From: Waterburya sp.
GTDB taxonomy: Bacteria; Cyanobacteriota; Cyanobacteriia; Cyanobacteriales; Xenococcaceae
Assembly (NCBI GenBank): GCA_965217895.1
Contig: CBDCJV010000002.1
Location: forward strand, 3,392,001-3,456,000
Reading direction: 5' to 3'
Length of the DNA stretch: 64,000 nt
The notes beneath the pieces were generated by a model, which made no database searches, had not been told where the DNA came from, and was given only the letters and a program-made list of their open reading frames with translations. Below are positions 19,806-30,616 of the stretch, piece by piece. Both the position numbers and the translations under genes were made by a program. How positions within the stretch are numbered: position 1 is the first letter of the stretch; the number at the start of each line of letters is the position of its first letter.

Positions 19806-21539
19806 ATGATATTCTCCTCGCTTACTAGCTCGATCGCCAATCAATCTACCTTAAACATCAATCGGCAATCTCGGTCTAGGAGTAAAATTGTCCAGAGCTT
19901 TGGTTCATATATTGTTTTAGGAGCTTTACAGGTAGTTTGCTCCCTGGGGCTGATTGGCTATTGGACAAAAAAAGCGGTAGCAGCAGAAGAAATCATCTTA
20001 AATTATGGGGCTTTGGAGTTTCCTGTTTCAATTAAGTCTCTAGAAACCTATGCCACTACAGGAAAAATTGAAGGAGAATTGGCTGGCTATGCTGGATTTC
20101 TGACCCCAGAACAATTACAGCAATTTAAAGTGGGTTTAACAACCAGTGCGGATTTCGATCATTTAGCGATCGCTCAATTTCTCTATTCTTTCCAGGGAGA
20201 AAAAATTTTAGACCGAGTTTCTAAAGTCATTAAAACCAAGGCTCGTCAACCTGGGTTTTATGCAATTCGTTCGGCGTTGATCTTAGCAGCAGCAGACGCT
20301 AAGGATGGTGGTTTAACACCCCTGAACTTTCTGCAAAAGTTTCCTACCAAAGTACTGCGAATTGACTCTAGCCAAGGTTTAAAAATTATCAAAGATCTCA
20401 GTCAAGTGGTTAAAAGCAATGAGCAGGCGATCGCTGCTGTGCAAACTGAAGCCACAAAAGAAAGCCAAGATTTAACCACGACTGCTCCTATAGCTCTAGA
20501 TTTAGCTCTATCAAAACCTGGTAAATATGCCTTTGCCAAACAGGTGTTGACGATGAAAGATAGCCGTCGCAATGATCCTTCGGGTCTGCTTGGCGATCGC
20601 ACTTTTCCCGTAGAGCTTTATTTACCTAAAGTCAAAAACAAGCAGCCATTACCATTGATTATTATTTCTCATGGTTTGGGTAGCGACCTGACTACTTTTG
20701 CTTATTTTGCTAAACATCTTGCCTCTCATGGTTTTGCCGTTGCTGTACCCGAACATCCAGGCAGCAGTGCTAGACAAATTGGAGCATTGTTAAATGGTTT
20801 GGTCAAGGATGTAACTCCACCCAAGGAATTAATCGATCGTCCTTTAGACATTAAGTTCGTGCTGGATTATCTAACTCGTAACTATGGCAAAAAGATTGAT
20901 ACCAACAATGTCGGCATGATTGGACAGTCTTTTGGAGCATATACCGCTTTGGCGATCGCAGGAGCAGAATTAAATTGGCAAACTCTAAATCGAGATTGCA
21001 CTAACCTGGATGATTCTTGGAATTTATCTTTACTGCTTCAGTGTCTGGCATTACAGATTCCTATTATAGAAACTGGCGTAAATTTAAAAGACGAGCGCAT
21101 TAAAGCAGTAATTGCCATTAATCCTTTGACTAGCTCCGTCTTTGGCGAACAAAGCCTAAGTAAAATTAAGATTCCTGTAATGCTAGTATCAGGTAGCTCA
21201 GATCCCGTCACGCCCTCTTTGTCTGAGCAAATTATTCCCTTTACTTGGCTAAAAACTCCCAAAAAGTATTTAGTGCTGCTAGAGGGTGGGACACACTTCT
21301 CAACCCTTAATGAGTCGGCTGGGAGTATTCCTGTTCCTGCTGGCGCGCTCGGTCCCGATCCTAAAATAGCTCAAGGCTATATCAAACAATTAGGATTAGC
21401 GTTTTTTAGTACTTATATTACTGACAAGTCAACTTATGCTCAGTATCTCAATGCCCAATACGGATCGCTAATCAGTAAACCAGCCATACCCTTGAGCTTG
21501 ATAGAATTTCTAAATTCAGAATCTCTACAGCTAAATTAG
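19806..21539 (+). CDS. DUF1400-containing alpha/beta hydrolase
   Basis: AAEEI..YG..SLE..A..G N-terminal domain, SHGLGS, GQSFG nucleophile elbow and GGTHFS. Confidence 0.88.
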   Translation: MIFSSLTSSIANQSTLNINRQSRSRSKIVQSFGSYIVLGALQVVCSLGLIGYWTKKAVAAEEIILNYGALEFPVSIKSLETYATTGKIEGELAGYAGFLTPEQLQQFKVGLTTSADFDHLAIAQFLYSFQGEKILDRVSKVIKTKARQPGFYAIRSALILAAADAKDGGLTPLNFLQKFPTKVLRIDSSQGLKIIKDLSQVVKSNEQAIAAVQTEATKESQDLTTTAPIALDLALSKPGKYAFAKQVLTMKDSRRNDPSGLLGDRTFPVELYLPKVKNKQPLPLIIISHGLGSDLTTFAYFAKHLASHGFAVAVPEHPGSSARQIGALLNGLVKDVTPPKELIDRPLDIKFVLDYLTRNYGKKIDTNNVGMIGQSFGAYTALAIAGAELNWQTLNRDCTNLDDSWNLSLLLQCLALQIPIIETGVNLKDERIKAVIAINPLTSSVFGEQSLSKIKIPVMLVSGSSDPVTPSLSEQIIPFTWLKTPKKYLVLLEGGTHFSTLNESAGSIPVPAGALGPDPKIAQGYIKQLGLAFFSTYITDKSTYAQYLNAQYGSLISKPAIPLSLIEFLNSESLQLN

Positions 21540-21815
21540 GTAAGAGTAGATAAAATTGGCAATTAGAGATAGGGCGATCGCTACTACGCTACCACCAATT
21601 ATTTTTAACCAGCCGAGTAATTTTTCAATCTCACTCAATCGATGATCTAGGTTGTCTATCTTCGATTCAACTTCACCCATTCGACGATCTAGATTGTCTA
21701 TCTTCGGTTCAATTTGGCTAAATTTAAATTCAATTACCGACAGCTTTTCAGCATTTTTAACTAGCTGATTTAGTATTGCTCCTTCGTATTGAGCTTTGGT
21801 TTCTGGGTTGGTCAT
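21531..21815 (-). CDS. Small coiled-coil protein with C-terminal TM helix
   Basis: Duplicated KIDNLD(R/H)R heptads followed by a hydrophobic tail. Confidence 0.6.
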   Translation of the reverse strand: MTNPETKAQYEGAILNQLVKNAEKLSVIEFKFSQIEPKIDNLDRRMGEVESKIDNLDHRLSEIEKLLGWLKIIGGSVVAIALSLIANFIYSYLI

Positions 21816-22033
21816 TGTTATGATTAGTTTGATTGAGAAAAAAGCATCTCCTGTATTGGCAGTACGCGCAGATGCTTTTATTCTACCTTTAGCGTTTTTC
21901 GGATTCAGAGACTACTGAAAGATTCATGGTTGGCAATTGTGACTTATCCAGAATTATCAATCCAGACAAGCCTTTGTGTACCGATCGCTATCGCTAAAAT
22001 CTACCAACTCAATGCAACCCTAACTGATTACTG

Positions 22034-22306
22034 TTACAAAACCCCTGCATTGCCCAAGCCGAGAATAATTCCCGCGCCCAGAATATGACCTAAGCTAGTA
22101 GTTGCCAACAGTTCAGGTAAACCGAAATTATCCCATACTTCAGGTTTGGGTACGGGCAAGCTAGGGCCTTGTCCTGAATTTTGAATCGCATAGCGACCAA
22201 TGGCAATACAAAATAGATTAGACATAATCATGACTATTGCCACGGTAGGTGTCCAATCGGCTGTTGAAGGAGCGTATTGAACTGCTAAAAGAAAATTAGA
22301 TATCAT
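22034..22306 (-). CDS. psaK: Photosystem I subunit PsaK
   Basis: WTPTVAIVM..N..AIGRYAI..GP.LP..ELLATTSLGHILGAGIILGL. Confidence 0.95.
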   Translation of the reverse strand: MISNFLLAVQYAPSTADWTPTVAIVMIMSNLFCIAIGRYAIQNSGQGPSLPVPKPEVWDNFGLPELLATTSLGHILGAGIILGLGNAGVL

Positions 22307-22466
22307 TATGAATCTTGACTCCTCTGCTCTTTAAATATTTTTTTGATTACGCTAGTTTATAGGAATTATAAAAATCTCTCTGTGCAAAACCGCGTTTCTT
22401 CTAAATAATTAACAGTAGTTCAAAGTTTTACTAAAAAAACACGGTGTTATCTGGAAAAGAGTACGT

Positions 22467-23114
22467 ATGCGAGTTAAAATCTGCGGAATCACTCAAATTA
22501 AACAGAGTCAAGAAATTGCGGCATTGGGCGCAGATAGCTTGGGCTTCATTTGTGTAGAGCGATCGCCTCGCTATATTACTCCAGTCAATATTAAGGCGAT
22601 CGGCGATCGCCTGCCACCTCAAGTTAATAAGGTAGGAGTTTTTGCCGATCATTCTTTAACTGAAATTATCACGGTAGTTAATACAGCAAATTTAACTGTG
22701 GTGCAGCTACACGGTTTAGAAACTCCAGACTTTTGCGCTCAATTACGTCAGGCACTTCCTAGTGAAATTGAACTAATCAAAGCCTTTCGGATTAAAACTG
22801 CTGCATCTTTGCAAGACACTAAAGCCTATACAGACAAGGTTGATACTTTGCTCTTGGATGCTTATCATCCTCAAATGCTGGGTGGGACAGGTCAAACTAT
22901 TGATTGGCAAGACCTAAAACAATTTAAACCAGCTTTACCTTGGATGCTGGCTGGGGGATTAACCCCTGATAATATTGTTGATGCTTTATCTCGCCTCCAA
23001 CCCAACGGCATCGATCTTTCTAGTGGCGTAGAGCGATCGCCTGGAGACAAAGACTTAAATAAGGTAATTCAACTCTTTAAACAATTAACAAACTCACGTA
23101 TCACGTGCGGCTAA
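22467..23114 (+). CDS. trpF: Phosphoribosylanthranilate isomerase
   Basis: VKICGIT, VQLHG, GGTG, LAGGL and DLSSGVE motifs. Confidence 0.96.
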   Translation: MRVKICGITQIKQSQEIAALGADSLGFICVERSPRYITPVNIKAIGDRLPPQVNKVGVFADHSLTEIITVVNTANLTVVQLHGLETPDFCAQLRQALPSEIELIKAFRIKTAASLQDTKAYTDKVDTLLLDAYHPQMLGGTGQTIDWQDLKQFKPALPWMLAGGLTPDNIVDALSRLQPNGIDLSSGVERSPGDKDLNKVIQLFKQLTNSRITCG

Positions 23115-23148
23115 AGCCTTAGTTTGCGTCTTGATGCGAACAAGTCTT

Positions 23149-24426
23149 TTAAATCACTAACACTGGAATTTCTACATTTATCCAACATCCTTGACCGTAT
23201 TTACTGATAATGGCGATCTTTCCTGATAATGCTGCGGTACGCTCTTTCATTCCTTGTAACCCAAAGCCAGTAGTATTATCGCTTTGATTGAAGCCACAGC
23301 CGTTGTCTTGGATAGCCAGCAAAATCTTTGACCCTGTTTCTTTCAAAGATAGGTTTACTTTGGTTGCTTGACTATGTTTACTAATGTTGGTTAGTGCTTC
23401 TTGGACGATACGGTACAGTGCCGTATTAACTTCAGTTGGTAAGGTAGAAATCAAATCAATTTCTGAGGCGATCGCAATATTTGTATTAGACTGAAACTCT
23501 AAGATTAATTCTTCTATGGTTGTCAAGAGCGATCGCTCTTGGAGCGGATTTGTTCTTAGTGTTGCGATCGAAGCTCGAATGTTAGCCAGGGCATCTTTGC
23601 CTAACTGTCTGGCTTTGGCTAAATGACTAGCAGCTTTAAGTCGATCTTGAGCTAAAAACATCGCAGCATTTTCTAGCTGAATACTTTGAGCAGTTAGATA
23701 ATGACCAACAGAGTCGTGAATTTCCCTGGCAATGCGATTTCTTTCCTGTAAGGTTGCCTGATTTTCGATTTGCAGCGCATATTCTCTTAAACGACGATTG
23801 GCTTGAACTAACTTAGCTCTACTTTCATGTTCAGCTATGACTGCACTTACCAATAAAATAACAAACGCCAGCACAAAAGCAAACAGCAACGCAGAATTAA
23901 AAGCCAAACCAAATAAAACTCCACGCAATTCTTCTGGTGGTAAACGTTTTGGCAGTGGCAATGGTTTATCTAGAGGAATGCCAAACAGACTTATCTTCAT
24001 CAAAGCCATGATTTGCACAGTCAAAAACGAAGCATAAGCCAAAATGGCGGTCAAAATTCTGCCACTCCAGGAAAATAATAAACAGGCGCGAATTACCACC
24101 ACTAAGAGTAAAGCAGGAAAGACTCTTTCTCCTCTTCCTACTAATAATATTGTGAGCCAACTTAAAATGAATCCGCTACCAATATAAACTTGTGAAATTA
24201 ATCTTGAGTTGCTAGGTAATCTCAAACCCATTACTCCCAAAAGGGCAATACAGGCAATTCCTAATGCAGTCAACCAAGGTGAATAAGATAAGTGAGAATG
24301 GTGATGAGGACGAGGAGGAGGGTGAGAAATTGTCCAACTAAATGCAGCGAGTAAAGCAATTCCTAATAAGACCCATTCTAGATATAAAAGTAAACGAAAC
24401 GAATGTCTGTGCCAAGTATTAGCCAT
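23149..24426 (-). CDS. Membrane sensor histidine kinase (HisKA_3)
   Basis: ERNRIAREIHDSVGH, QEALTNI.KH, DNGCGF and GFGL.GM.ER. Confidence 0.92.
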   Translation of the reverse strand: MANTWHRHSFRLLLYLEWVLLGIALLAAFSWTISHPPPRPHHHSHLSYSPWLTALGIACIALLGVMGLRLPSNSRLISQVYIGSGFILSWLTILLVGRGERVFPALLLVVVIRACLLFSWSGRILTAILAYASFLTVQIMALMKISLFGIPLDKPLPLPKRLPPEELRGVLFGLAFNSALLFAFVLAFVILLVSAVIAEHESRAKLVQANRRLREYALQIENQATLQERNRIAREIHDSVGHYLTAQSIQLENAAMFLAQDRLKAASHLAKARQLGKDALANIRASIATLRTNPLQERSLLTTIEELILEFQSNTNIAIASEIDLISTLPTEVNTALYRIVQEALTNISKHSQATKVNLSLKETGSKILLAIQDNGCGFNQSDNTTGFGLQGMKERTAALSGKIAIISKYGQGCWINVEIPVLVI

Positions 24427-24602
24427 TACGAAAATAAAAATTCAAGATTCACTTCCTATCTTCCTATTATTTATGGCTTCGCGAAAGTAGCAATAGTCCT
24501 AAAGTACCAAAAGAATTTAGGAATTTAGATCGAGGTAGATAGATAGAGCAATTTTCTAATATTTAGGTAATTGATACTTTAAACAATTCTAGGAGACGTT
24601 AC

Positions 24603-25079
24603 ATGAACTGGCGCACTTTTTCAGCAATTTTAGGCGTTTTATTAATTTTTCAAACCTGTCAAAGAATTAACGATAAACCGACCACTATGGCACAAGTACC
24701 ACCACCACCCCACGCTAAACATGACAAAAAACCTAAAGGAGAGAAAGTAGAGAAATTATTACAACAAATAGATCTCACTACAGAACAAAGGCAAAAAATC
24801 GCAGCAATTCAAGAAGAGTCCAATACTAAGACTGAAGCTTTAGAAGCTTTACATCAAGAAATGCACTCTCAGCATCAAAAAATGGAATCTCTATTAGTCA
24901 GCAATGCTAGTATCGAACAATTACGACAACAACACCAACAGCTTGAGAAACTCCATCAGCAATTGGGTAATAACCGTTTTGAAACGATGCTGCGGATACG
25001 AGAAGTACTAACCTCCGAGCAAAGAGCAAAAATAGCTGAATTGATGGAACAACATCGCGGCGAAAGATTCGATCGCTAA
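24603..25079 (+). CDS. Spy/CpxP family periplasmic chaperone
   Basis: Signal peptide and two LTxEQR motifs; divergent from the histidine kinase. Confidence 0.88.
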   Translation: MNWRTFSAILGVLLIFQTCQRINDKPTTMAQVPPPPHAKHDKKPKGEKVEKLLQQIDLTTEQRQKIAAIQEESNTKTEALEALHQEMHSQHQKMESLLVSNASIEQLRQQHQQLEKLHQQLGNNRFETMLRIREVLTSEQRAKIAELMEQHRGERFDR

Positions 25080-25348
25080 CAGGCTTTTTTCGCCAATATC
25101 TCTGGCAGGCGATCGCGTCTGGGTTCGACTAAACTGAAAACTAAAAGTCACTTTAAGCCAATATTTTAGCCAAGTTAAGATCGACTTCAAAACGCGATCG
25201 CAAAACAATCAGTCGTGATTCGGCAATGTCTGTCCAAGATAAACATCGATTTGTTTAGCTTAAAGCTTAAGGCTTAGAGCTAAAGGCTTTTGATAAAATT
25301 GCAGCAGTTGCTACAAATTGCAGTAGATTTAAAAATTATGCTAGAGGT

Positions 25349-26641
25349 ATGAAGCTCAATAATTCTCGTCTTGGACTAGAGCAAGAATTTTTTATCGTCA
25401 ATCCAGAAGGGTTTCTATCCCATCGCGCTGATGAATTTTTAGAACGCTGTTGGCAGATAGCTAAGGCAAGAGATCGTTGTGCTGATTGTTTTGCTCCCGA
25501 ATTTGTTAAAAGCATTGTCGAAATTAATACCGTTCCCGTTAATAACTTTGCCGAATTAACTGCCGAATATCTCGACCTATTGAGGATTTTGCTGCAAGCA
25601 GCCAAAGAATTAGATTTGCGGGTATATCCCCTTTCTACCTATCCTCTGTACAGTACGCCAGTAATCAGGAATAAGCCCAATTATCATTTACAGGTTAGAA
25701 CTGTGGGAGCAGGAAGATTTGATAATGCGGCAAAGTGTACGGGGACGCATATTCATTTAGATCTGCCCGATGAAGTAGTAGATCCCCAAATCGGAATTGC
25801 TTACAATTCCTCTGCCGAAGCTAGAGCTAGGGTACTTAGTCTTTATAATCTGGCGATCGCTTTTGATGCGGCTATTATCTCTTTATCTCGTGCCTGCCCT
25901 TTTTATGAAGGCAAAGTAGCGGGAAAAGCCATGCGAACCATCCACTATCGAGGAAGCAAACGTTTTGCTTGGTCGGGAGTTTATACTAATCTCCAGTCTG
26001 TAGGCGGCTTAATGCCCTATGCCGAAACCGTAGAAGATTTAACCCAACAGCTATTTGCTCGCTATCATAGTTGGTTACAGGCGATGGATAATGCTGGTGT
26101 TGAGCGGTCATTATTTTTAGATTCTGGCGGTCAACTGTTGACTGCGGGATGGAATCCAGTTCGACTCAATTCTATCGGTACAGTAGAGCTAAGAAATGCC
26201 GACAGCAACTATCCCCAGGTAACATTAGCGTTAGTCGCTCTAATTTCTGAGGCTGCCAATCGAGTTCGTCGTGAAAACATAACCGTTAGACCAAAGCCAG
26301 GATGTAAAATATTTAAGCTACAGGGACAAGAATTAAGCGTGCCTGAATTTGATTATTTAAATAATGAGTTGCTATACGCTGCGGTAACAGAGGGCATCAA
26401 AAACACTGCGGTTAAAGACTATCTCGATTCAATTTTAGAATTTAGTTGTCAAAATGATAATGAAGTGGGGAATTATTTGTCTCGGTTCAAAACAACCCTG
26501 GGAGAATATACCACCACTGAGGAGCAATTATTGGCTAAATATTCCACCACCACGGGCATTATCTCACAGTCAGACGGTTTAGCTTTAGTTCGCTATTGCT
26601 GCGATCGCCTGGAAGAAGAGGTAAATTGTTTTACCAAATAA
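25349..26641 (+). CDS. Glutamate-cysteine ligase family 2 (GCS2) protein
   Basis: GLEQEFF, E..VEINT, GTHIHL and GTVELR motifs. Confidence 0.8.
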   Translation: MKLNNSRLGLEQEFFIVNPEGFLSHRADEFLERCWQIAKARDRCADCFAPEFVKSIVEINTVPVNNFAELTAEYLDLLRILLQAAKELDLRVYPLSTYPLYSTPVIRNKPNYHLQVRTVGAGRFDNAAKCTGTHIHLDLPDEVVDPQIGIAYNSSAEARARVLSLYNLAIAFDAAIISLSRACPFYEGKVAGKAMRTIHYRGSKRFAWSGVYTNLQSVGGLMPYAETVEDLTQQLFARYHSWLQAMDNAGVERSLFLDSGGQLLTAGWNPVRLNSIGTVELRNADSNYPQVTLALVALISEAANRVRRENITVRPKPGCKIFKLQGQELSVPEFDYLNNELLYAAVTEGIKNTAVKDYLDSILEFSCQNDNEVGNYLSRFKTTLGEYTTTEEQLLAKYSTTTGIISQSDGLALVRYCCDRLEEEVNCFTK

Positions 26642-26650
26642 CTGGGTTTG

Positions 26651-27472
26651 GTAGAGTCGAGGAAGGTTATTAAGCCTCGCCCCTTTCTGTTAGAGCTGGG
26701 CGGGCGATTTTCATTGCACCCAGCTCTCGATATTCTTAGCTTTCGCTTTTGCTCATGTGTAAGAATTGGTGGCACGTCTGATGTATTGCTACTAAATTCG
26801 TTACTCTCCAATTCTGGTGATTTCCGTCTACGTGGTGTAGATGTACTTTCTGTTCCCCTAGGAATTTTAATCCGCAGGAACTACATGAATGGTTTTGCCT
26901 TTTGAGGGCTTTTGTTTTCGGAGTAAGAAACGTTAGGGAACGCTATGTCTAACAGTTTCTTGCTAGTGTGGCGGTTTTTGCTTTGTTTCTTTATTAAATA
27001 CCTTGTATGTGCGATTTTGGATGTGGTAAAGAGAGTTCCTTGACCCATCCATCTTGCAGTTTTTGTGATATTGTCTCCATCCTCTAACGAGTGCTAGTTT
27101 ATTAGCTTTTACTGTCGCTCCATAGTTTGATACTAAATCCGATTGGAAAAAGCATCTTAAGTATTAAGTTAGTTGTTCGTAGTTTGTAGTTCGTAATCCC
27201 AAAAAACTACAAACGACTAACTACCTACTACCTACTTCTTAATCCAACAGTTAAGTAACCTATACCAACAGGATTTAGTATGAGTTGTTAACGATGGCTT
27301 TTACTTTCTGGCGAAAAGTTTTGTAGTTACCCACTGAAGAAGTGCTACGAAACTTGCCGTTTTTCTGTACTTTAAAGTGCTAGCCTAGGAAGTCAAATTC
27401 ATCTGTCGTGGCGGTTAGCTTGGTTTTCTGCTCACTGACTTTCATTCCTCTTGTCGCTAGAAATTCGCTAAT
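26651..27472 (-). mobile_element. 5'-truncated group II intron: degraded RT/maturase/HNH ORF plus domains V and VI
   Basis: Minus-strand peptides ISEFLATRGMKVSEQKTKLTATTDEFDFLG*HFKVQ, NYGATVKA..., CSSCG..HLHHVDGNH.N..N..H..CH; domain V GAGCTGGGTGCAATGAAAATCGCCCGCCCAGCTC at 26692-26727; 3' end ...ACTCTAC. Confidence 0.9.
27131..27280. mobile_element. 150-bp MITE inserted in the intron ORF
   Basis: TIRs TACTAAATCCgaTTGG / CCAAcaGGATTTAGTA, flanked by a TGA duplication; removal restores the coding sequence NNS-NYG. Confidence 0.88.
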
Positions 27473-29136
27473 GTTGAATCAAAGCTATAAATAGTTTGGC
27501 TTTGAAGCACATTGAGGCTTGAAGGTTTTTGCTCAAGACGATAATTTTGACGATCTAATTTGACCTGTAAACCAGTCATCGGGTCATCTCCAGAAGCAAT
27601 CAAAAATTCTAAACGACCAAGGTTTTGCCATTGGGCTAAAGTATCTAAAATTTTGATGACCCCCCATAGATAGGGATGCTTACTGTCTTGATACCAATCT
27701 GAACTAGCTAAATTAGGTTGGTCAAAACCGAGATGAAAAATCAGAGAAGATCTGCTAAACAGAGCGATCGCGATCGGTCGAGCCTCTTCCTGAACTAAAA
27801 AGTTATGTTCTTGAGCAAGATAGCGAATTTTATCTAGCTTTTCATATTGAACTTCCGGGGTAATATCCTCTTGCCAAGTAATTCCTACGGTAATCAAATA
27901 AGTCTGCAATAGCAGATGACCCAGTTTTTTAGCTTTAGTAGCCAAATATCCAGAGTTGTAGTCAGTGGCTTCAATCAGCAAAGGCAGGCGATCCACCATT
28001 TCTAAACCATAACCTTTTAAACCAGCTATTTTCCTGGGATTATTAGTGATCAGGCGAATCTGTTTGATACCTAAATCATTGAGAATTTGCGCTCCCATGC
28101 CATAATCTCGCAAGTCGGCAGGAAAACCTAGCCTCTCGTTAGCTTCTACGGTATCTAGACCCATATCTTGGAGAGTATATGCCTTGAGCTTATTTACTAG
28201 TCCAATACCTCTACCTTCCTGGCGTAAATAAACTACAACTCCTAATCCATGCGCCTCGATCATTTTTAGAGCAGCCTGTAGCTGCATCCGACAATCACAA
28301 CGCATCGATCCCAGAGAATCTCCTGTTAAGCATTCAGAGTGCATCCGTACTACGGCAGGTTTAGTTGCCAGTTCCGCTAGATCTCCTTTGACAATTGCCA
28401 AATGTTCTGTATTGTCTAAAGTGTTGCGGTAAGCGTAAATTTGAAAGTCGCCAAACTGACTAGGAAACTTGCAGACTGTCTCTCGATAGACAAAGCGGTC
28501 GTGCTTCAGACGATAGCTGATCAGGTCAGCAATGCTAATCAGTTTAAGCTTATGTTCACGGGCATATTCTACTAATTCTGGTAGCCTTGCCATCGAACCA
28601 TTTCGATTTTGAATTTCACAGATGACTCCTGCTGGATATAAACCCGCCAATCTTGCCAAGTCTACTGCTGCTTCTGTATGCCCTGCCCTTTTTAAAACTC
28701 CGCCATTTCTCGCTCGTAAAGGGAAAATATGCCCAGGACGAACTAAGTCATCGGGAATACTGGCAGGATTGATTGCCACTTGAATCGTGCGGGCGCGATC
28801 ATCGGCAGAAATGCCCGTAGTCACTCCCAATTTTGGAGAAGCGTCAATACTAACCGTAAAGGCAGTTTGATTGCGATCGGTATTTTTGCTAACCATTAGA
28901 GGTAAATCTAAGGTATCCAGGCGATCGCCAGTCATTGCCAGGCAAATTAACCCTCTAGCTTCTACTGCCATAAAGTTAATCATGGCAGGAGTGGCAAATT
29001 GGGCAGCACAAATAAGATCTCCCTCATTTTCGCGATTTTCGTCGTCTACTACAACTATTGAGCGACCTGCTTTGATCTCAGCCAAAGCTGAATCGATAGA
29101 ATCAAAATTGACGGAACTGGTTTGAGGCGTTTGCAC
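27457..29136 (-). CDS. ribBA: Bifunctional DHBP synthase / GTP cyclohydrolase II
   Basis: DDENRENEGD, RAGHTEA, RMHSECLTGD..RCDC and QEGRGIG motifs. Confidence 0.96.
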   Translation of the reverse strand: MQTPQTSSVNFDSIDSALAEIKAGRSIVVVDDENRENEGDLICAAQFATPAMINFMAVEARGLICLAMTGDRLDTLDLPLMVSKNTDRNQTAFTVSIDASPKLGVTTGISADDRARTIQVAINPASIPDDLVRPGHIFPLRARNGGVLKRAGHTEAAVDLARLAGLYPAGVICEIQNRNGSMARLPELVEYAREHKLKLISIADLISYRLKHDRFVYRETVCKFPSQFGDFQIYAYRNTLDNTEHLAIVKGDLAELATKPAVVRMHSECLTGDSLGSMRCDCRMQLQAALKMIEAHGLGVVVYLRQEGRGIGLVNKLKAYTLQDMGLDTVEANERLGFPADLRDYGMGAQILNDLGIKQIRLITNNPRKIAGLKGYGLEMVDRLPLLIEATDYNSGYLATKAKKLGHLLLQTYLITVGITWQEDITPEVQYEKLDKIRYLAQEHNFLVQEEARPIAIALFSRSSLIFHLGFDQPNLASSDWYQDSKHPYLWGVIKILDTLAQWQNLGRLEFLIASGDDPMTGLQVKLDRQNYRLEQKPSSLNVLQSQTIYSFDSTLANF

Positions 29137-29491
29137 TACAAAAACTCAAATTAAATTAAAGTACCTAAAAATAAATCCTGAGTACTTAAACAATTGTAAC
29201 TTTTTCTCCCTGTAATTTTTACTAGCTAATTTTTAATTATTGGCTTATGGCTTTTAGATTGCTTTTTAGTATGAGCTATGTATTAAAGCTGCAACTTACT
29301 TGGTAACTGCTAATTGTCTTGAAAAATAAAATTATTAGCTGATGTTACGCACTTAATTAATCTGTAAAGATTGGGAAAGATTTCAGAGTCAAAGAAAAAA
29401 GGACTTGTTTTTTTATTCTTGTAGCTTATGCTGACTACCGATTTTCTTTTATAAGACTTAACATTAGATGATTAAATGACATTGCTGTTCT

Positions 29492-30265
29492 ATGGACATA
29501 TTTACGATCATTAAGCTTTTTCTAATTAACTTCTGGTGGCTTATAGCTATTGCTTTGGTACTATCAGTATTTAGAACTCCTTGGTTCAAAGGTGCCTTTG
29601 GCGAGTTTTTGGTCAAAGTTTTGCCGCGTTTAATGCTTGACAAAAAACAGTTTCATGCTTTTCATAATGTTATGCTTGCTACGCCTGATGGTACAACGCA
29701 AATCGATCATATTTTCGTATCAAAGTTCGGTGTTTTTGTTGTCGAAACGAAAAATATGAAGGGCTGGATTTTTGGTGACTCTTGGCAAGCAACTTGGACA
29801 CAGCAAATTTATAAGAGTAAGTACAAGTTTCAAAATCCACTAAGGCAAAACTACAAGCATACGAAAGCACTCGAATCTTTGCTCTCTATTCCTGAATCTG
29901 CTATTTATTCGGTGATTGTATTTGTCGGTGAAAGCACATTCAAAACTACCATGCCTGACAATGTTACCTACGCTAGAGGTTTTATTCGTTACATAAAATC
30001 AAAGACACAAGCTATTCTAAACGATTCGCAAGTACAAGCCGTGGTTTCAGCTATCAAATCGGGTAATCTTAAGGCTACGTTTCAGGCGCAACGAGGACAT
30101 ATTCGTAATCTTCAATCCCGAAGTAATCCAGACTCCCAGCAGCTTTGTCCTAAGTGTGGTAGTCTAATGTTTTTAAGAACTTCAAACAATGGTAAAAATC
30201 ACAGTAAGCACTTTTGGGGCTGCTCTCAGTATCCTAAATGCCGAACCATTCGGTCTGTCATTTGA
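29492..30265 (+). CDS. NERD-domain protein with C-terminal topoisomerase C4 zinc finger
   Basis: KG.FGE, TQIDH..VETKN, QNPLRQN and CPKCG..FWGCSQYPKC. Confidence 0.9.
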   Translation: MDIFTIIKLFLINFWWLIAIALVLSVFRTPWFKGAFGEFLVKVLPRLMLDKKQFHAFHNVMLATPDGTTQIDHIFVSKFGVFVVETKNMKGWIFGDSWQATWTQQIYKSKYKFQNPLRQNYKHTKALESLLSIPESAIYSVIVFVGESTFKTTMPDNVTYARGFIRYIKSKTQAILNDSQVQAVVSAIKSGNLKATFQAQRGHIRNLQSRSNPDSQQLCPKCGSLMFLRTSNNGKNHSKHFWGCSQYPKCRTIRSVI

Positions 30266-30616
30266 CTAGACGCTGCAAGGGATAGAGACTCTTTCTACTG
30301 CTTAAATTCAATTATTAGGTAAGACACATAAGAAAATTAAACACCTTGACGTAAGAATTATCAGACCAAATACAAACAAAAAGAAAAGATTATTATCTTC
30401 ATCAATCTTTCTTAAAAGTTTATTGATTTTTCTGACAAGCTGGTTAATTGACTATAAACTTAACTTAAATAAAATATTTACAGTCGCTACACTTAAACAC
30501 AATTAACTTTCCCCAATCTATTAGTTTCTAGGTTTGTCTTTTCTTCAAACACTCAAAGAGATCTATTTAGTTTTTAAATATCCAGCTAATCTTTTATTTA
30601 TAGAGAATATTCGACT

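Noticed and set aside
26593..26905. ORF-track ORFs 26593..26811 (-) and 26648..26905 (+)
   Set aside because: Off-frame or antisense readings of the group II intron remnant
26651..27472. Retron, DGR or defence RT system
   Set aside because: Domain V/VI RNA and a maturase-HNH tail identify a group II intron; the catalytic RT core is absent
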